Positions 54,306 to 57,229 of a stretch of 57,229 bases of DNA are shown here, in pieces. Each line of letters starts with the position of its first letter. Within the stretch, counting starts at the first letter, position 1. Both the position numbers and the translations under genes were made by a program. The DNA comes from a virus. Taxonomy: Duplodnaviria; Caudoviricetes. The stretch is taken from positions 1-57,229 of IMG/VR virus record IMGVR_UViG_3300017783_000023; one strand, given 5' to 3'. A model generated the notes under the pieces. The model was not told where the DNA came from. It saw only the letters and a list, made by a program, of their open reading frames with translations, and did no database searches.

Positions 54306-54364
54306 TGTGACAGTTGGTCAAAGTGTCCACTGTTTTGCCACTACATGCAAAAATGCTCTATATT
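54305..54364 (+). promoter_or_regulatory. early promoter with upstream imperfect inverted repeat
   Basis: gtgtgacagtt-ggtc-aaagtgtccac (54305-54330), then TTGCCA(54335)-N18-TATATT(54359). Confidence 0.6.
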
Positions 54365-54392
54365 AAGGGAGTTGAAAGCACTGCACCCAATC

Positions 54393-55073
54393 ATGGACAA
54401 CACTATTTCCTTTGAGCGTTGCGTCGAAATCATCAATAACGAAATCTATGCTGAAGTGCAACTAACTGTTGATGACTATCGTACATCAGCACGTCGCCCT
54501 ACTGCACTTCGTAAATCTGATATTACGTTTGAATCATATCTAAAATCATTTGAAACTGACGAGAAGCAGAAGACACAAACAGTCACTAAGTTTCTCCAGT
54601 ATTGGTTTGCTGAAGCATTATCAATCATCATCGATCGTTATAACTTACCGATTGTTGATGGTTGTGGTGCTGGTCAGGATTATGCCTACGTTGGTAACTC
54701 ATACCAAGGCAAAACAATCACTAAACCTATGCCAATTGAGTATAAGTCTGCTGGCGGTAAGGATGGGTCATCAGCATGTCTTGGCAACCTAGGTGTTAAT
54801 GTGAAATGCGAATTGACCCTTGTTTGTCGTTACAAACTCGAAGGCAATCGTATCAGTGAGCGTCAGACTCTCACGATTGAAAACTCTGCTTACAAGTGGA
54901 AAGCATACAACAAAGGTAAGTTTGATCCTAAGACTGGTGAGTCTAAGTCTTCTAACTTCAGTGGATTGCGCTGCATGACTAACAGTGACTATCAGGATAT
55001 TGTGTGCTATTCTGGTAGACTGAAGAAGAATTCTACTTGGGTCAAATTCATTAAAGAAACAATCAATGCTTGA
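54393..55073 (+). CDS. putative PD-(D/E)XK endonuclease (restriction-like)
   Basis: GQD...PIEYKS motif; overlaps the downstream MTase start; likely start ATG 54393. Confidence 0.45.
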   Translation: MDNTISFERCVEIINNEIYAEVQLTVDDYRTSARRPTALRKSDITFESYLKSFETDEKQKTQTVTKFLQYWFAEALSIIIDRYNLPIVDGCGAGQDYAYVGNSYQGKTITKPMPIEYKSAGGKDGSSACLGNLGVNVKCELTLVCRYKLEGNRISERQTLTIENSAYKWKAYNKGKFDPKTGESKSSNFSGLRCMTNSDYQDIVCYSGRLKKNSTWVKFIKETINA

Positions 55074-55905
55074 TATTAACACCACACACTTGATGAGTTG
55101 TATTGATGGGATGCAACTCATGGACGCTGAGAGTGTCGATCTAGTCGTCACATCTCCTCCCTACGATGATCTCAGGACTTACAATGACAGCAGTCAATGG
55201 GATCACAACGTCTTTAAAGAGGTTGCTACTTGTCTAGTAAGGGTGCTAAAACCTGGTGGTGTTATTATGTGGAATGTCAATGATTCCACAGTCAAAGGAT
55301 CAGAGACTGGTAGTAGTTTCAGACAATGCTTACATTTTATGGACGCACATGGTCTGAGACTACATGACACCATGATATATGAGAAGACAGGCACTGCCTT
55401 CGCATCTGGTCCTAATAGTGTTAGATATACTCAAATCTTTGAGTATTGTTTCATACTATCCAAAGGCAAACCTAAGACGATTAATCTTATTCAAGACAAG
55501 AAGAATAAGTGGGCAGGGTATACCTCGTTTGGCAATGCTGTGACGAGGAAGAAAGATGGCACCTTCTTGGACCCTGGTAAGAAGAGCAAAGAGATCAAAG
55601 AATGGGGTGTCAGGACTAACATATGGAGGATCAAAAATAGTGGTGGATTCGGTCAATCATCCAAGGTAAGTTACAAACATCCTGCCACTATGCCTGAAGA
55701 GTTAGCAACAGGGCACGTATTAACGTGGTCTGATGAGAAAGACTTAATTCTTGATCCTTTCATGGGTGCTGGCACTACTGCCCAGGTCTGCTGCGAAAAC
55801 AATCGCAATTTTATCGGTTTTGAGATAGATGACACATACCACCAAATGTGTGTCGATCGTGTGCTACCATGGCAAGACAACGTACTCACCAGACTCAATG
55901 ATTGA
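55066..55905 (+). CDS. DNA amino-methyltransferase, beta class (N4-C or N6-A)
   Basis: DLVVTSPPY (motif IV), HPATMP, ILDPFMGAGTT (motif I), FIGFEID. Confidence 0.93.
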   Translation: MLDINTTHLMSCIDGMQLMDAESVDLVVTSPPYDDLRTYNDSSQWDHNVFKEVATCLVRVLKPGGVIMWNVNDSTVKGSETGSSFRQCLHFMDAHGLRLHDTMIYEKTGTAFASGPNSVRYTQIFEYCFILSKGKPKTINLIQDKKNKWAGYTSFGNAVTRKKDGTFLDPGKKSKEIKEWGVRTNIWRIKNSGGFGQSSKVSYKHPATMPEELATGHVLTWSDEKDLILDPFMGAGTTAQVCCENNRNFIGFEIDDTYHQMCVDRVLPWQDNVLTRLND

Positions 55906-56176
55906 AGACTTCCCACACTCACCCCCAAAAGGTTATTCCTATGAATTTAAACAATTCAAACAAAATGTTACTAGCATTTGGATCAGGAATCATGCTTGCT
56001 TTGCTTACACCTCTGATCCTGTCATCTGTATCTGGGGATTCTACAACTCCAAGAAAAAGTGCTACTATTCGCCCATCAATGCCAAGAAGTGTGGTAAACT
56101 CGTTAACATCAGAGACACATCACCTTTTAGTGCAATGATTATAGATAGAGGACCACTAGCAGCAATGCTATGTTAA
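55898..56176 (+). CDS. conserved cyanophage hypothetical protein
   Basis: FPHSPPKGYSYE...IWGFY...SPIN...TSPFSAM; likely start 55898. Confidence 0.75.
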   Translation: MIEDFPHSPPKGYSYEFKQFKQNVTSIWIRNHACFAYTSDPVICIWGFYNSKKKCYYSPINAKKCGKLVNIRDTSPFSAMIIDRGPLAAMLC

Positions 56177-56373
56177 GAGGCAAAGCAAAAGTCACTCCAA
56201 AGAGTGACAAAGCAAAGCAAATCTTCGCAGACAACCTAAACAGTAAATCTCTAGTTTATGTTGAGCATAAACGCCTAGATCGCTGGTTCTTTAGTTCCAT
56301 CGACAATGTTGATTACTGGTTTTGGGCAAACTATCCACATGACAATGACTGGGACTACCATGAAGTTAATTGA
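56170..56373 (+). CDS. hypothetical protein
   Basis: 67-aa ORF with GAGGA SD. Confidence 0.7.
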   Translation: MLRGKAKVTPKSDKAKQIFADNLNSKSLVYVEHKRLDRWFFSSIDNVDYWFWANYPHDNDWDYHEVN

Positions 56374-56578
56374 GAAGACTGACCCTCTCTATTTCACACA
56401 AACCTCTGATGCAATTTATGATCGACATTGGTATCAAATTCACTGCATTGACAAGAGTGTTAAAGTGGTAGAATCGTGGGAGGAAGCAATGACTGCCTTC
56501 TGGAATTTCAAACATTTCATTTCACATATAGAGGTAATTGATGCAAAACGAAGAAACAACGCCCTTGGATTCCAGTGA
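56360..56578 (+). CDS. hypothetical protein
   Basis: YFTQTSD..YDRH.Y...SHIEVID; likely start 56360. Confidence 0.7.
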   Translation: MKLIEKTDPLYFTQTSDAIYDRHWYQIHCIDKSVKVVESWEEAMTAFWNFKHFISHIEVIDAKRRNNALGFQ

Positions 56579-56747
56579 TGGTCTAACAATCAAGGAAAAT
56601 CCTGATGGGTCAATGTCAATGGAATGGGACGAGAATGATCCCCGTTACAGTATGTTTAACGGCATGTCAAAGGAAGAGTTAAATCTTCTTATCTCACACG
56701 GACTACAAGAAATTATTACAAGAGAGGAAAACGATGGCATCATCTAA
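56541..56747 (+). CDS. hypothetical protein
   Basis: ENPDGS...EWDENDP.Y motif; GAGG SD. Confidence 0.65.
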   Translation: MQNEETTPLDSSDGLTIKENPDGSMSMEWDENDPRYSMFNGMSKEELNLLISHGLQEIITREENDGII

Positions 56748-57009
56748 TTTTGAAGATCACGCACCTAGTAGTGACATACGAACACACATGAAAGATCTTG
56801 ATCAATGCACAGCAGACATACTTGAGGTCATTAGTGGATGGATTGAGGAGGATCGTGTCACCCCTGGTGAGTTTATCTCATGCATGAAAAAGGCACTAAA
56901 TCAAACCTCAACATGGCATAAGACACGTTTGAATCTCATTCAAGACACTGAAGCATTGATCTCAGGTATCGGTAGAGCACCTCAACTATTAAACGAAAAT
57001 GGCAATTGA
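56734..57009 (+). CDS. hypothetical protein
   Basis: 91-aa ORF with GAGGA SD. Confidence 0.65.
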   Translation: MASSNFEDHAPSSDIRTHMKDLDQCTADILEVISGWIEEDRVTPGEFISCMKKALNQTSTWHKTRLNLIQDTEALISGIGRAPQLLNENGN

Positions 57010-57202
57010 TGGACGCGCTGAAGGCGACAAAGTAGCACGTAAACTTGAAGAATTGGATGCAGTATTTGCAAAATATGATACTGTAATTGATGGTGATCAA
57101 GTAACAAATAGTGTTATAGAAAAACTGAATAAATGTGAAGAACTAAAGGAGTTGTTATCAAATGCGGTTGCTGCCAGTAAAAGAAAAAATCAAGGTAGTT
57201 GA
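56999..57202 (+). CDS. hypothetical protein
   Basis: 67-aa ORF overlapping the previous gene. Confidence 0.6.
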   Translation: MAIDGRAEGDKVARKLEELDAVFAKYDTVIDGDQVTNSVIEKLNKCEELKELLSNAVAASKRKNQGS

Positions 57203-57229
57203 CAACTATTTCCCAGAATGGTTTGTCAC

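Noticed and set aside
54345-54392. ATG 54345 as start of the putative nuclease
   Set aside because: Falls within the promoter spacer; ATG 54393 lies downstream of the -10 box

Overview
A 57 kb segment of a T4-like marine cyanophage (Synechococcus/Prochlorococcus myovirus), almost entirely + strand. In order it holds: purine AMGs (purS, purC, purM); a large DUF4114-type virion protein; a small outer-membrane beta-barrel; nrdC, thyX, phoH, an exonuclease, gp33 and gp32; a microprotein island; and the baseplate/tail module (gp53, gp48, gp4, gp2, gp54-like, gp26, gp51, two tape-measure-like paralogues, a gp27-like hub, gp5) with cp12 and cpeT inserted. After that come tRNA-Asn, fibre/structural genes ending in three tandem Gly/His-rich paralogues, a block with a flavin halogenase and six Fe(II)/2OG or JmjC oxygenases, and a putative endonuclease-methyltransferase pair. 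Four points stand out. (1) An in-phase T TTT TTC slippery site would fuse gp26 to a gp51 frame that lacks an upstream ATG, just before the tape-measure genes, like the lambda G/GT chaperone frameshift. (2) A second in-phase G GGA AAC site joins the two halves of a lysozyme-bearing tape-measure-like gene. (3) The fibre triplet and the halogenase/oxygenase block may form a virion-protein tailoring system. (4) Promoters repeatedly overlap terminators, and there are candidate small RNAs. All assignments come from motif recognition by eye; no database searches were run.
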